Shown here: in pieces, positions 39,112-51,274 of the stretch
Layout of the letters: each line of letters begins with the position of its first letter
How positions within the stretch are numbered: the stretch's first letter is position 1
Source of the DNA: Octopus sinensis
Lineage: Eukaryota
DNA length: 64,000 nucleotides
Direction: 5' to 3'
Assembly: GCF_006345805.1 (NCBI RefSeq)
Contig: NC_042998.1
Coordinates: 49,290,001-49,354,000 of the forward strand
Position numbers and translations under genes: made by a program
The notes under the pieces: generated by a model
The model's input: the letters and a program-made list of their open reading frames with translations, nothing else
Told to the model about the DNA's origin: nothing
Database searches by the model: none

Positions 39112-39510
39112 CAGGCATTGCTGTACAGTAAAGAAGCTTGGGTCCTAACCATATGGTTTTGGGTTCAGTCTCACTGTACAGCGCCATGAGTGTCTTCTAC
39201 TATAGTCCCAGGCTAACCAAAGCCTTTTGAGTGGATCTGGTAGACAGAAACTGAAAGAAGCCTGTTGTGTGTGTATGTGTGTCTTTCTCGTACTGACATC
39301 CCATGATAGTTATAGAGGAACATATCACCATCATAGAAATGTTTATTTCCAACTTTCTGAGAAAAACATGTTTAGCAATGGGGAAATATTAATTTGCTAG
39401 TAATTAGGTGAGGGTTGATGGCATCTGGGTATAGAAAATCTGCCTCAATAAATTCCGTCTAGTCCAGGCAAGTATGGATAAGAGGATGTTAAAAAACAAC
39501 AATGATGATG
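39112..39510 (+). mobile_element. SINE-A2: SINE-A head, a different body and an RTE-type tail (other copies 59385-59731 plus, about 17040-17345 minus)
   Basis: Head as in SINE-A; body ...ggggaaatatta...; 3' gcatc.ggctgtagaaa...ggacgttaa(GAT)n-like end. Confidence 0.65.
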
Positions 39511-39781
39511 TCTGTTTGTTAGATCAACTACTGAAGATAACACCTTCCTGCTCTGACTAACAAGCATAACAGCTACGTGGCCTGACACTTTCAATATATC
39601 GATAGCAAATATAGAATGTGTTGAACTCTGTTCAGCAATGCTGTTAAAATGCTACTGTTTTGGCCAGAGAGTTTGTTCCTTGTGCATGTACACCCATTAG
39701 AGACTTTACATTTCAACAAAGTTTGACATGAACTTGCATGGAGACAGGTTTTATTTTGTGTGCTTGGGATCACCCTGAAAA

Positions 39782-40292
39782 ATGGAGGACCAAAATGAAC
39801 ATTATTGACACCTCATGCACTTTTTATTTAAAAAAAGTGCAAGAAAGTAACAGAAACCTGCAGGAAGATATGCACTGTGTACAGAGAGCATTCTGTTATG
39901 GAATATGTCTGCCAGAAGTGGTTTTCAAGATGTTGATCAGGAAAGTTTTCAGTCCTTGCTGGCCAACTGAGATTTACAGCGACAAAATGAAAAAGTTGAC
40001 ACCAACCCCTGTTACATGACCAGGATGATCACAGATATACTCCAAATACCAAAATCAATTTTTGAAAACCATCCTCATCAACTTGGTTATATCAACAGGC
40101 TTGATGTTTAGGGCCCACATCAGTTGAATGAGGCTAACCTCAACTAATGGATTTCTATCTGTAAATCATTGCAGAAATGTGAAGAAGACAATTCTTTTTT
40201 TAAGAGAATGGTGACGGGGGATGAAAAATGGATCATCTATAACAAAGTGAGGGGCAAATGATCCTGGGGTAAGTGCAGTGAACCACCACAAC
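39782..40292 (+). mobile_element. Fossil mariner transposase (N-terminal half)
   Basis: Frameshifted MEDQNEHY*HLMHF...CQKWF; LQIPKSIFENHPHQLGYINRLDV*GPHQL (WVPHxL motif); RMVTGDEKWIIY (first catalytic D). Confidence 0.8.
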
Positions 40293-43283
40293 TGGATGTC
40301 CCTCATAATAATTACTCAGAGTAAAGTAAGAGAGCATCATTTTACAAAACTAAAGGCTTTCTTCACTCAGTATTAGTTTTAGTTCATAATGGTTAGAGTT
40401 CTTTTTGTATTGCTAAGTACTCGTTAACCTGGCGATTCTTTGGCTATGGTCCATATTTCTTTATTGGAGTAGGTTTGGTGAGGAGTTGGACTTCAGCTCA
40501 GACCAGCTTGGTATGTGATATGTTCTACGTAGGATGGAGTATTATAGATGCCAGTGTTTGAATGTTAGGTGTTATCATGCTGGTTTGAAACCTGACTTTC
40601 TGTTAGATGTTTGATATTACTGCCTTTCACCGTAGGTCAATTGATATAGATAGTTGATATTTACAATATTCATTAGCATCTGAAATATGGCCAACTAAAT
40701 GAGGAAAGAAAACAGACCCTAGTTCTGTGTCTTGTTTGAATGGGGGAATTTTCAAACTCAGTGCCATCTAATCTATTACACAAGTAGGCTTTTTTACATT
40801 TCATGCTTTTGATGAAAATATTTGAATCACTAAAGTTCAAAAGTTATATAGTATAACAAGCAATAGGGTATCCTTCTATCTTCCAACATGACAACTGAAG
40901 TTGTCTCCTACAATTACAATGACTGTTAGCTGACATCAGATCTATCAATTAATCTTAATTATGAGGTATTTGTAGATATGATAATATCTGTCATGTTACC
41001 TACCAATAACTTAAGTCAGTTATGATTTCAATCCATTTTTTTTTTTTTTGCTATTTGCCTAGAACATAAATTTATGTACTTTCTCATGGTGTCTAAATAT
41101 ATATTTATATATTTTATTGTTTTGGTATGGCAAGAGAGACTGCACCCATGGTCTTCACTGGCCTCTGCTAAGACTAATGAGATTCATAGGATTATCGAGC
41201 AGCTGCAGGGGGCTGATGTTCTGAGTAGGATGAACTCAATGTAGTGGTTAGTACAAGAAATTGGAATCGACAGAAGATAGGTGATGAATAGAGAAGAGGC
41301 AAGCAAATTGGGAGTATTTGAGTGAAGGAGGTTGCACGAAACAGAGGCCTCTGTTGTAGTGATACAAAAAGCGGGGGAGGAGTCAACATGTCTGTTACTG
41401 TATGTGAGTGACTTCATGCTAATCAACGCAATTCAGTTGAAATAACTAGTTTGCTTTTTGCACAGAGTACATAAAGATACTAACATATAAGCAACTTTAA
41501 ATAATCCCTACCCTAATACTAGCTAAAAAGAAACTTAAAAATAAAAATAGGGATGGAAACTATTCTTACTAAGTACAACACTAACAACATATTCCTAATA
41601 TTTGTAGATTCAGGAAATGTGTTTCCAAATGCAATGTGGTTGGAGAGAAGTGTGTTCGCATGGATGAGGGTTCATTTGCAGTTAGTGATTCTGCGGGCTT
41701 GGAAGTGTCACTATGAAAGGATGCTAAATGTAGAGAATGCAATGGGAACAAGAGAGTCTGCCTAATGTGGATCCAGCAGAGGGACCAGCTATCTGAATAG
41801 ACAGTAGCTTGGAAAAAAAAGCAATTAAGGATATGAAGACAGGGAAATCCCCCAGTTCATCAAGAATCACTGCTGAAATACTTAAGATATCTGGCAGAAT
41901 GGGATAGGCCTAGTCACCTGCATAGTTAATCAGGTTGTTGACACTAGAGTCATTTCCAATGACTGGTGTATCAGCATTATAGTTAACTGCTACAAAAGTA
42001 AAGGTGACACATATACAGAAATAACTACAGAAGTATAAAATTGCTGGACCAGGTGATGGACCAAGTTTCAGAGAGGTTCATAGCTTAACTAATTAAGAAG
42101 AGAGCTAGTCTAGATGAAATGCACTTTGGTTTCATGCAAGAGAGAAGCACTACTGATGCTATATTCTGGTAAGGCTTGTAGTAAGACACAATAAAACAAT
42201 TTATTTCACAGACTTTTGGAACAATACTGACTATACCCAATTTTTCACTTGACATTCAAGTTGTATGAGTTTATTATATAAATTTAATTGGCTTGTAGAA
42301 TTTGGTCGCTTCAGCAGTACTAGTGTCTGTACTATGGAATTTATATCCAGCTTCATCTTAAAGGCAATTGAACACGTGTAAATATGTAGTAAGAGAAACC
42401 AAATCTATTCAGGTCTTTCACTATATTCTCGTCAGACTGAGGTCTAAAATTTCATGTTTGAACACATTAAAAGTCTCTGTTGCACACAATTGTTCAGAGT
42501 TCTAAAAGTCTGTAAAATAAATTGTTTTATTAGAATATAACAAGAAATTATTGCCTTCTGATTCTTTCTGCTCATAGTTGACTTTCTTGAATAAAACTAA
42601 CAAGCACTATGACCTGGCAATGCCAGGTCATAGTGCTAGTGCATGCATATACAGCTGTGTGCATGCGCACATACACGCGAGTACTGTCCAAATCTCAGAC
42701 CAATCACATACAGCTAGCTGGCATTCAATCGGGCATTTTGATTGGGTTTTGGATAGAAAACTCAAAAAAAAGTCACTTCTATTGATTTTTTAATGGCTTT
42801 GCGGGGTGACTGGGGAAATGTAAAGATGTGCATGACCACCCTTGGATGGCTTTGAATGACCATAGAAAGTGCAAGCCCTCTAACTGAAAAATAGTGGATT
42901 TGTATAAAGGATACAAATTGTCTGTCCTTGTTTGTCCCCTCTGTGTTTAGCCCCTTGTGGGTAGTAAAGAAATATGTATAAAGGATACACACACACAGAC
43001 AGACATTTTGCCGTTTATATATATAGAGATGTTTGTACCAATTAAATTTATCAGGGTTATTTGAATGTATATTCTGACAACCTTTGCATATTGATTTATA
43101 AGGTGTTTAATAACTTTCTGTACCGCGTCATATTTCTGACTATCTTACTTTTTACTAAAGGCTACTCCAGAGAAGTATTTAGCCAAAAATAAACCTCTGT
43201 ACTTGGCTTTTGTTGATATGGAGAAATACTTTTTGACATGGTCCCCTGCTAATGGTTGGTGAGAGCTGTACAGGGATGCTACC

Positions 43284-44430
43284 ATCATCATTTAACACCT
43301 GTTGTCCATGCTGGCACCCTCGAAGGCTGTGCCAGGATCCAGTCTGAGTTGTCAAGGTTTACTATGGTTGGATGCCCTTCCTAATGCCAACCACTCTGAG
43401 AGCATAATGTGTGCATTTACGTGCCACTGGCATGAGTGCCATTTGTGTGACACCGGTATCTGCCACGACTGATTTTGCTTGGCTTCATGGGTCTTCTTCA
43501 AGCATGACACAATGCCAAAGGTCTTGGTCATTGCCTCCATGAGGCCCAACACTCGAAAGGAGCTCAGCTACTTTGCCTCCATGAGGCCCAATGCTCAAAA
43601 GGAACTCAGCCACCTTGCCTCTGTGAGGCCTGCTCGAAAGGAACTCAGCCACCCCACCTCCACGAGGCCCAGCACTCAAAAGGAACTCAGCCATTTTGTC
43701 TCCATCAGACCCAACACTCGAAAGGTACTCAGCTGGCAGAAACGTTAGCACGCCGGGCGAAATGCTTAGCGGTATTTCGTCTGCCGTTACATTCTGAGTT
43801 CAAATTCCGCCGAGGTCGACTTTGCCTTTCATCCTTTCGGGGTCGATAAATTAAGTACCAGTTACGCACTGGGGTCGATATAATCGACTTAATCCGTTTG
43901 TCTGTCCTTGTTTGTCCCCTCTGTGTTTAGCCCCTTGTGGGTAGTAAAGAAATAGGTACTCAGCCACTTTGCCTCCATCAGGCCCAATGTTCAATGGTTC
44001 ATTTTTTTTTTATGTGCCATCAGCATGGATGTACTTGGCTTGACGGGTCCTCTTAAGCAGAGCACTTCACCAAAGGTCTTGGTGACTAGACATTGCCTCT
44101 GCGAGGTTCAAAGTTTGAAGGTCATGCTTCACCACATCATCCTATGTCTTCCTGGGTCTATCTTTACCACAGGTTCCTTCCACAGAGTTTAGCACTTATT
44201 TACACAACTGTCCTCATCCATATGCATCACACGACCAACCCAGCACAGTCGTCTCTCTTGCACACATCTAATTCCTCTTATGCCTAACTTTTCTCTCAAG
44301 ATACTTACACTGTCGAACATGCACATTGTACATCCAGCGAAGTATACTGGCGTCATTTCTCTCAAGCTTACGTATGTACTCGGCTGTAATAGCCCATGTT
44401 TCACTGCCATGCAGCATAGCTGTTCGCACA
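43284..44430 (-). mobile_element. RTE 3' ORF plus 3' UTR nested in the older RTE; carries an approximately 42-bp tandem array interrupted by a SINE
   Basis: Reverse complement matches 9690-10700; (CAT)n tail at 43284. Confidence 0.8.
43734..43953 (+). mobile_element. SINE-B, young, 11-bp TSD
   Basis: TSD aggtactcagc at 43723-43733 and 43954-43964. Confidence 0.9.
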
Positions 44431-47400
44431 CAGTAAAGTGAAAGTCAGCAATGAGTATAGCAATGAATTTAGTGTACAGGTAGGAGTTTACCAAGGTTTG
44501 GTTCTCAGCTCTCTTTTGTTCATCATAGTCCTCCAGGACATAACAGAGGAATTTAACTGGCTACCCTTGGGAGTTCCTCCATGTTGATACCTTGTTCTTA
44601 TAGCTGAATCGCTACTAAAATTGGAGAAGAAATTTCAGGTGTGGAAGCAAGGTCTGGAACCAGAGTTAATTTAGTAAAGACCAAAGTTCTAATAAGTAGG
44701 AACACAGACAAATCACAAATCTGTTCAGGGAGATGGCCCTGCTCGATATGTAGAAAAGGTGTAGGTAGAAACTCCATAAGGTATACCCAGTGCAAGTTAT
44801 GAGCAGTGTCAGAGGAAGTGGTTAGTCTTTGTGTGTGGCAGATGTGCAGGTACAATATGCACTAAAAATAGATTTCCTCAAATGCCTAGTGGGATACTAA
44901 GAAGTAGTAGATAGCTTTTGTTACTTAGGTGACCAAGTCAGCAGTGGAGGAGGATGCTCTGACAGTGTAGCTGTTAGAATAAGAACAGGCTGGGCAAAGT
45001 TCAGAGAACTTCTACTTTGTTGGTAACAAAGAGCCTCTCTGTCAGAAAGGCAGATTGTATGATGCTTGTTTCAACAGTCATGCTACATGGTAGTGAAACA
45101 TGGGCTGTGACTACAGAGGACATGCAAAGGCTTGGAAGAAATGAACCCAGCATGCTCTACTGGATGTGTGACAGTGCAAATGTTTTAAAAGAAAAACTGA
45201 GTATAAGAGACTTCAGATGTAGTGTGCAAGAGAGAAGAATGCACTAGTATGGCCATGTGATATGTATAGATAAAGACAGCTGTGCAAAGTGCCAATCTCT
45301 AATCGTGGAGTGAACGTGGGGAAGGGGTAGATCCAGGAAGATGTGGGACGAAAGGGGAGGAAATATGATTTTCAGTTGTTGAGCCTCATGGAGGCAATGA
45401 CAAGTGACCGAGAGTTCAGGTGATTTGCTCTGCTTGAGAATATACATCAAGCTAAGGGGATTCTGGTCATTGCTTTAGTAACACAAAAAGGGAACCCGTG
45501 CAGGTGATGTGTAAAGGGAAACCGTGCTGGTGATGTGTAAAGGGAAATCGTGCAGGTGATGCATAAAGGGAGACCGTGCCGGTGATGCATAAAGGGAGAC
45601 CGTGCCGGTGATGCATAAAGGGAGACCGTGCCGGTGATGCATAAAGGGGAACCATGTCGGTGATGCGTAAATGGAACCAGTACCGATGACACATAAAAAA
45701 CACCCAGTACACCCTCTAAAGTGGTTAGCGTTAGGAAGGGCATCCAGTTGTAGAAACCAAACCCAAACAGATGACTGGAGCAGGTTCAGCTCTCTGGCTT
45801 ATCAGCTCCAGTCAAACCGTTTAACCCATGCCAGCACGGAAACAGACGTATGATGGCGATAATGATGATGGTCATTTTTAGTATAATACTAGGTTAGTTC
45901 CTTTTGTTTGAACATTCTAACTTCGAATGTTTAAGTGTTTGTACGACCAACCCAACTACTATTATCTCTATCATCATATTGTGGCCAAGGCAGCCTCTTC
46001 AACAATTCCTATGCTTGTTTAATAAAGAGTAAACTAGTTTTGTATCCTTTTTAATATAAATCTTAATCATGATATGCAATTATCTACATTATTCTAGGGT
46101 GATAAAAGAAACAAGGAGAGCAATGTGTTTTAAACAATTTTGATTGTGGCATAAAAGAGAACACAGATAACACGAGTTACTTTGGATACAGGCCAACCAG
46201 CTGAGAGAAACTCGTTTCCTATTCTGTCAGAGACACTTAGCATTTGTGAACTTTGCCAAACACGTAGTTCGAAGTTGTTCATCCCAATTAAAACCTCACC
46301 GAGCAAACTTATGATCAAAAGCATTCCAATCGTGACCATCCTGTCTTTTTTTAGTATACATAGGACTATATCATCTAATGTATACTATCCATATGCAAAG
46401 CAGAAGATTGATATGAGGAATATTTGGCAGTTATTTTTAGCGACCACTTAAAGTATTCTTGGTTAGCTTTATAACCACAGGTAATAATACACCCAGTTTG
46501 TAACGGCAAATGTCCTGTGAGAATGAATAATTTGTGTCTGTATGATTCCTTCAGCTGAAGAAACTACTCCTAATATAGACCAGGATCCTATTCAAAAGGA
46601 GAGTTGTCTCCATACTATAAAAACTAGATATATGCATCATTTGCCTCTTGGATCCTTGTTATTTAGTAAAAGTATTATCCTTTATCTTTTATGGTCAATG
46701 AAAAACAATCGTGGATATTTTTCAGTAGAATTTTAAACGAATTGGCCTGAAGCTTTTGCCAAAAAAAAAAAAAAAATGCGAAGAACAAAGACTTCCAAAA
46801 TAAGACAGCTACGCCAAAATGTCTTTAAATATTTCATCATTTAGTCATTGCTGTAAGTTTTATCTTGTGACATAATTATAGGAAGTGAAAACCAACAAAA
46901 TATGGAAATGTCGGAATTTTTTTTTTTACAAAGAAATTCATTAAAATCACACAAAAAAATCATTAAAAAAACGTTTTTATCCACTCGTATCCTTAGAAAT
47001 TTTTATTTAAAAAAGCAAAAAAAAGCTTAAAATTGTGAACTATTAACAGAAGAGTAAAAATAAGGTAAAGAAAATAATGAAGTGAAGAGTGAATGATACG
47101 TTGTATCATACATGCATCGACGCAAACTGTCTGCCGTGTAGCTTTAGAATACGTAGCTTAAATGCATATATACGAAAGAGTGTGTGTGTGGGTATATATA
47201 TTGATATATATGTGTGTGTGTGGATGGGGAAGCATATGTTACATAAATGTGATACGTATCTAGTATCCGAATATATTCGAACACATGTAATTTATGTTAG
47301 AAATGTATATATAGCTCCGAACCTCAGGACAACTCGATGATTTATAAAATGATGGGAAGAAGAGTGGCAGGCAATTTATAAATCAATGAAGTCCTATTAA

Positions 47401-48519
47401 ATCTAATCTACTTAATATCAAACTGATATTGTGAAGTAAGATGAGGTGGGGGGAAAATATCAAATCGGTAAAAAAAAAAAAAAACCAGTTTTAAGGAACG
47501 AAACAGATGAGGAAGAAATCTGGTTTAACTAAATTTTCACGCTGAAAAAAAAAAAAAAAAAATTCTACCAAATATATTTCCTTTTATAAATTAAGGAACG
47601 TGCTGTGTGTGTGTGTGTGTGTGTATGTATATAGATTGTCAGGGATATATAATACGCATGATTGTTTTATTGGTAGATAAAGAATACAGGAACAAAAAAG
47701 AAACAACTGCAGAATTATTCGAAGACAAGACAGAAATAGAGACAAGATAAAAACGACAAATTACCAAGAGATATATATAACCATGCACATTCTTTATAGA
47801 CCATAGCTTACTTGGAACTAACAATATGGCTACAGCTCTGGTGTGACTACTTAAATGAGGAATTTTAGCGAAGACAAAAGCAATTGCTTCATAATTAAGG
47901 ATGTATCGATATCACTTCAGTGTTAGTTATTGTTAAAATCTTTCTTTTTGAACAGGAATTAATCGGTATATTCAGTAATTATGGAATTGGGGAAGGTGGG
48001 GGGTCTGGTCACTGCTGAAGTAGTGTGATCCTCACTGGAGACAATCAAGAAATGTGTGAGTGTGTAATTAAGAAATTATTTGTTATAAACTAAAATAAAT
48101 CAATAAAGGAATGATATTCTAAAGATTTACTACTTAAAAAAGTCAGATTGAATTATTAAGATTCTAATGAAACGTTTAAAGCATAGGAGTCGATGAAAGA
48201 TTAAATCACAAGAGATTAATATACAGAAATAGGATTTTAGTCTAAACTAATTTTTAAAATATGCACATATCTTACTATATTTAAGTATGTTTGTTTGAGA
48301 ATAAATTAAAAATTATGATTTATTACAATATCAAAGGAAAGCTGCTAAAATTTGGAAATAAGACTAAGACGCATATATAAAAATTATAAGTATCAAGCCT
48401 TCGGTTATTTCAAGAATATTGCTCGAGACCGGAGACTTTCAGTGACAATATTCTTTTATAAAATTATAAGTTAATGTCTAATAATTTACTGGTTATTCGC
48501 AATTATTTTTTAATCTTAC

Positions 48520-48784
48520 CGTGACGGCCACCTGTCGAAGAAATCTCATAAGACATCCACAAAATAAATAATAAGCTTTGGCAATTCCTGTATCTTCGTC
48601 GACTGAACGATATTGAGCATGCGTGTAATTATGTAAATCAGACCAGCTTAAAAACTAATATAGTTCCTCAAATATATTGTGAAAGGGTAAAATAAAGCTA
48701 TAACTTTTCGTATTAAAAAAAATATTATGAAGTTATAAGAAACTTGCCGCAGATTCTCGTCGAAAGGTTAGTTCAATGACAAAT
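48520..48784. promoter_or_regulatory. Putative bidirectional promoter, including the probable first exon of importin-alpha (minus-strand donor CACG|gtaaga, last exon base 48520)
   Basis: CpG dinucleotides are retained over about 46-49.6 kb, unlike the CpG-poor introns. The MIX23 ATG is at 48785. The importin ATG exon needs an upstream exon because an acceptor abuts its ATG. YY1-like AATATGGCG overlaps the MIX23 start. Confidence 0.6.
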
Positions 48785-48838
48785 ATGGCGACCTCCAGTG
48801 ATTTGACTATCACGTGCGATGAGTTTCTCTTGTTTCAG
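48785..48838 (+). CDS. MIX23: MIX23 exon 1 coding part
   Basis: ATG in aaatATGG context (an in-frame upstream ATG also exists at 48776); donor CAG|gtttgt. Confidence 0.85.
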
Positions 48839-51232
48839 GTTTGTTACGATTATCGTCCTCTTGACTCTATTATTCTTTTTTCCTATGTACATAGAGAGTG
48901 GAAGTCTGTTATGCAGTTTATTTTATTTTATAATGAAAACTTATATACATTTCCGTCCGGGATAATTTTTTTTCTCCGTATTTTGCTCCCTACATGTTAT
49001 GTACAAGGTTAAAAGAAGTTATATGTTTAAGCGTTATTTCTTGTTTTTGAAAAGTAACTCAAATCTACTATAAGCTTATGTAATATATGGAATTACATAT
49101 ATGAGGTTCATATTTTAATGATTTGTTTAACTCTGAGTATACAGTATTATAGTACAATAAATTGGAAATTAGGTGCCGACGGCCTGGCCTTAATCACCCG
49201 GCCACCGGATTGCCCCCCCCCCCCACCTATTTAGCAAACAAAAATACGTAGGTCTCTGACTTGCCAACGACATGCTGAGGCTTAATCCAACAGTGGCCTG
49301 ATATCGGCTGAATGGAATTAGTAAACTAATATTGATTATGTATGTGTGTGTGAATGCTGTAGTTGCACCAGCATTACAGAGGTTACCATGTCTTCGACGG
49401 ACAGGGTTGAAGGATCCTCTCGACCCGTTGTTGTCTGCGTCCTGGGTACGTTTTTGTCATGGCACCAACACTAGTGAAATTGCCTTGTAACCTGCAAGAC
49501 AAACGAGTCTTCGTCACTATATACTGTCTCTGTTCGATCAGGTGAGGTGCAGTGGCGTAACTAGTGGGTGTTGCCTGCACAGCCCTTGATTTTCCTGCCT
49601 CCCTCACCAGGCTCCCCAAGCATATATAGCACACTCAAAAGTGCGGCCCTGCCAAGTGGGTAGAAGAGTCAGTGCAGATGAACTAAGGTAATATGGAGAA
49701 AGATGTGTATAGGTGACAAGATGGTAGAAGACAGAAATGGAAGAGCCTGCTAGAAGAAATAATGACCAGATGTAATAAAAGAAACCAATGCTACTACATG
49801 AATAGTCATAGAATTAGTAGTAAGAAAGAATGTGATAGAAGTCAGTTTAATGTCCATTTTTCTTGCTGGCATGGATTGGATTGTTTGCTAAAGTCCATTG
49901 AGTTGGATGACTGTTATGCTTCAATGTCTGCTTTGGCATTGGCTCTATAAGTTGGATGCCCTTCTCTTAGCATATTTTTGCTGCATTTATGCATATTATA
50001 TAAGCCATAAAAAGTGTTCTGATTTTTTTTTTTTATCTCTAAGTTTCTTGTCTGCTGAAAATAAGATAGGATAATTGTGGTGAAGGCACCTATTTCTTTA
50101 CTACCCACAAGGAGCTAAACATAGAGTGGACAGACAACGGATTAAGTCGATTACATCAACCCCAGTGCGTAACTGGTACTTAATTTATTGACCCCGAAAG
50201 GATGAAAGGCAAAGTCGACCACGACGGAATTTGAACTCACAACGTAACGGCAGACAAAATACCTCTAAGCATTTCGCCCGGCGTGCTAACGTTTCTGCCA
50301 GCTCGCCAGACACCTATTGAGGTGGAAACAAGTCTACATCTGTCCTCTTGTCTTCAGACAATCAAACTGCCTTTTCTTGAATAGCATGACAATTTTGGAG
50401 ACTTCTTGATTCTTCAGATTATCTCCCCCTCCTCATTTTGAGCTGATATCAATTGCCAACACGCAATTGGTCTGCTTTCTTTGGAAGCGGAGATGATTTC
50501 AATAAATCTAGAATTCATCCTGTATGTTATTCATTATACCCTTCTTCATCTATGTATGTATAAACTGTACAAAAGGAAAATCAGATATATTGTGCAAGAG
50601 GGAAGACTACATTGGTACAGGCATGTGATGCTTGTGAATGATGCTTATAATAGTTGTATAAAAAAAGTGCATAACCCTCAAAGGGAATGGAACCTGCAGA
50701 AGATTATGGAAGATTTGGGACAAAGTGATGGAGACTGATTTGAAGTTTAGAAAGGAGATGACCAAGGACAGTGTTGATTAGTAACATACAGTGACAAATC
50801 ATCATCATCATCATCGTTTAGCGTCCGTTTTCCATGCTAGCATGGGTTGGACGGTTCTACTGGGGTCTGTGAAGCCAGGAGGCTTCATCAGGCCCAGTCA
50901 AATCTGGCAGAGTTTCTACGGCTGGATGCCCTTCCTGATGCCAACCACTCCGTGAGTGTAGTGGGTGCTTTTTACGTGCCACCCGCACAGGTGCCAGACA
51001 GAGCTGGCAAACGGCCACGAACGGATGGTGCTTTTTATGTGCCACCGGCACGAGGGCCAGGCGGGGCTGGCAACGGACATGAAATGTACAGTAAAAATGG
51101 TGGTAGTGAGGCATATGTATATATTTCTATTATATATATCAAAGACTCTTCCATTTTTCCTGAGCGTCAAACTAATGTAACTTGTTTGTTGTTCCTTCAC
51201 CTGTCTCAGTCTTTTTCTTTTGTAAAATTTTG

Positions 51233-51274
<42 letters not shown>

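Larger units (their letters stand above)
41625..45870 (+). mobile_element. Old plus-strand RTE in three pieces (about 41625-42175, 43160-43283, 44431-45870), split by later insertions
   Basis: The pieces join collinearly with 8270-10712 (e.g. gggatgctacc|agtaaagtg matches gacaccgct agtagggtg). Confidence 0.75.

Noticed and set aside
47904-47911. DRE motif TATCGATA near the promoter
   Set aside because: A single 8-mer about 600 bp from the likely TSS; another occurs in non-promoter DNA at about 39597.
24260-48500. A FAM162-like or other intervening gene between importin and MIX23
   Set aside because: No FAM162 motifs or coherent exon chain were found by eye on either strand; a diverged small gene cannot be fully excluded.
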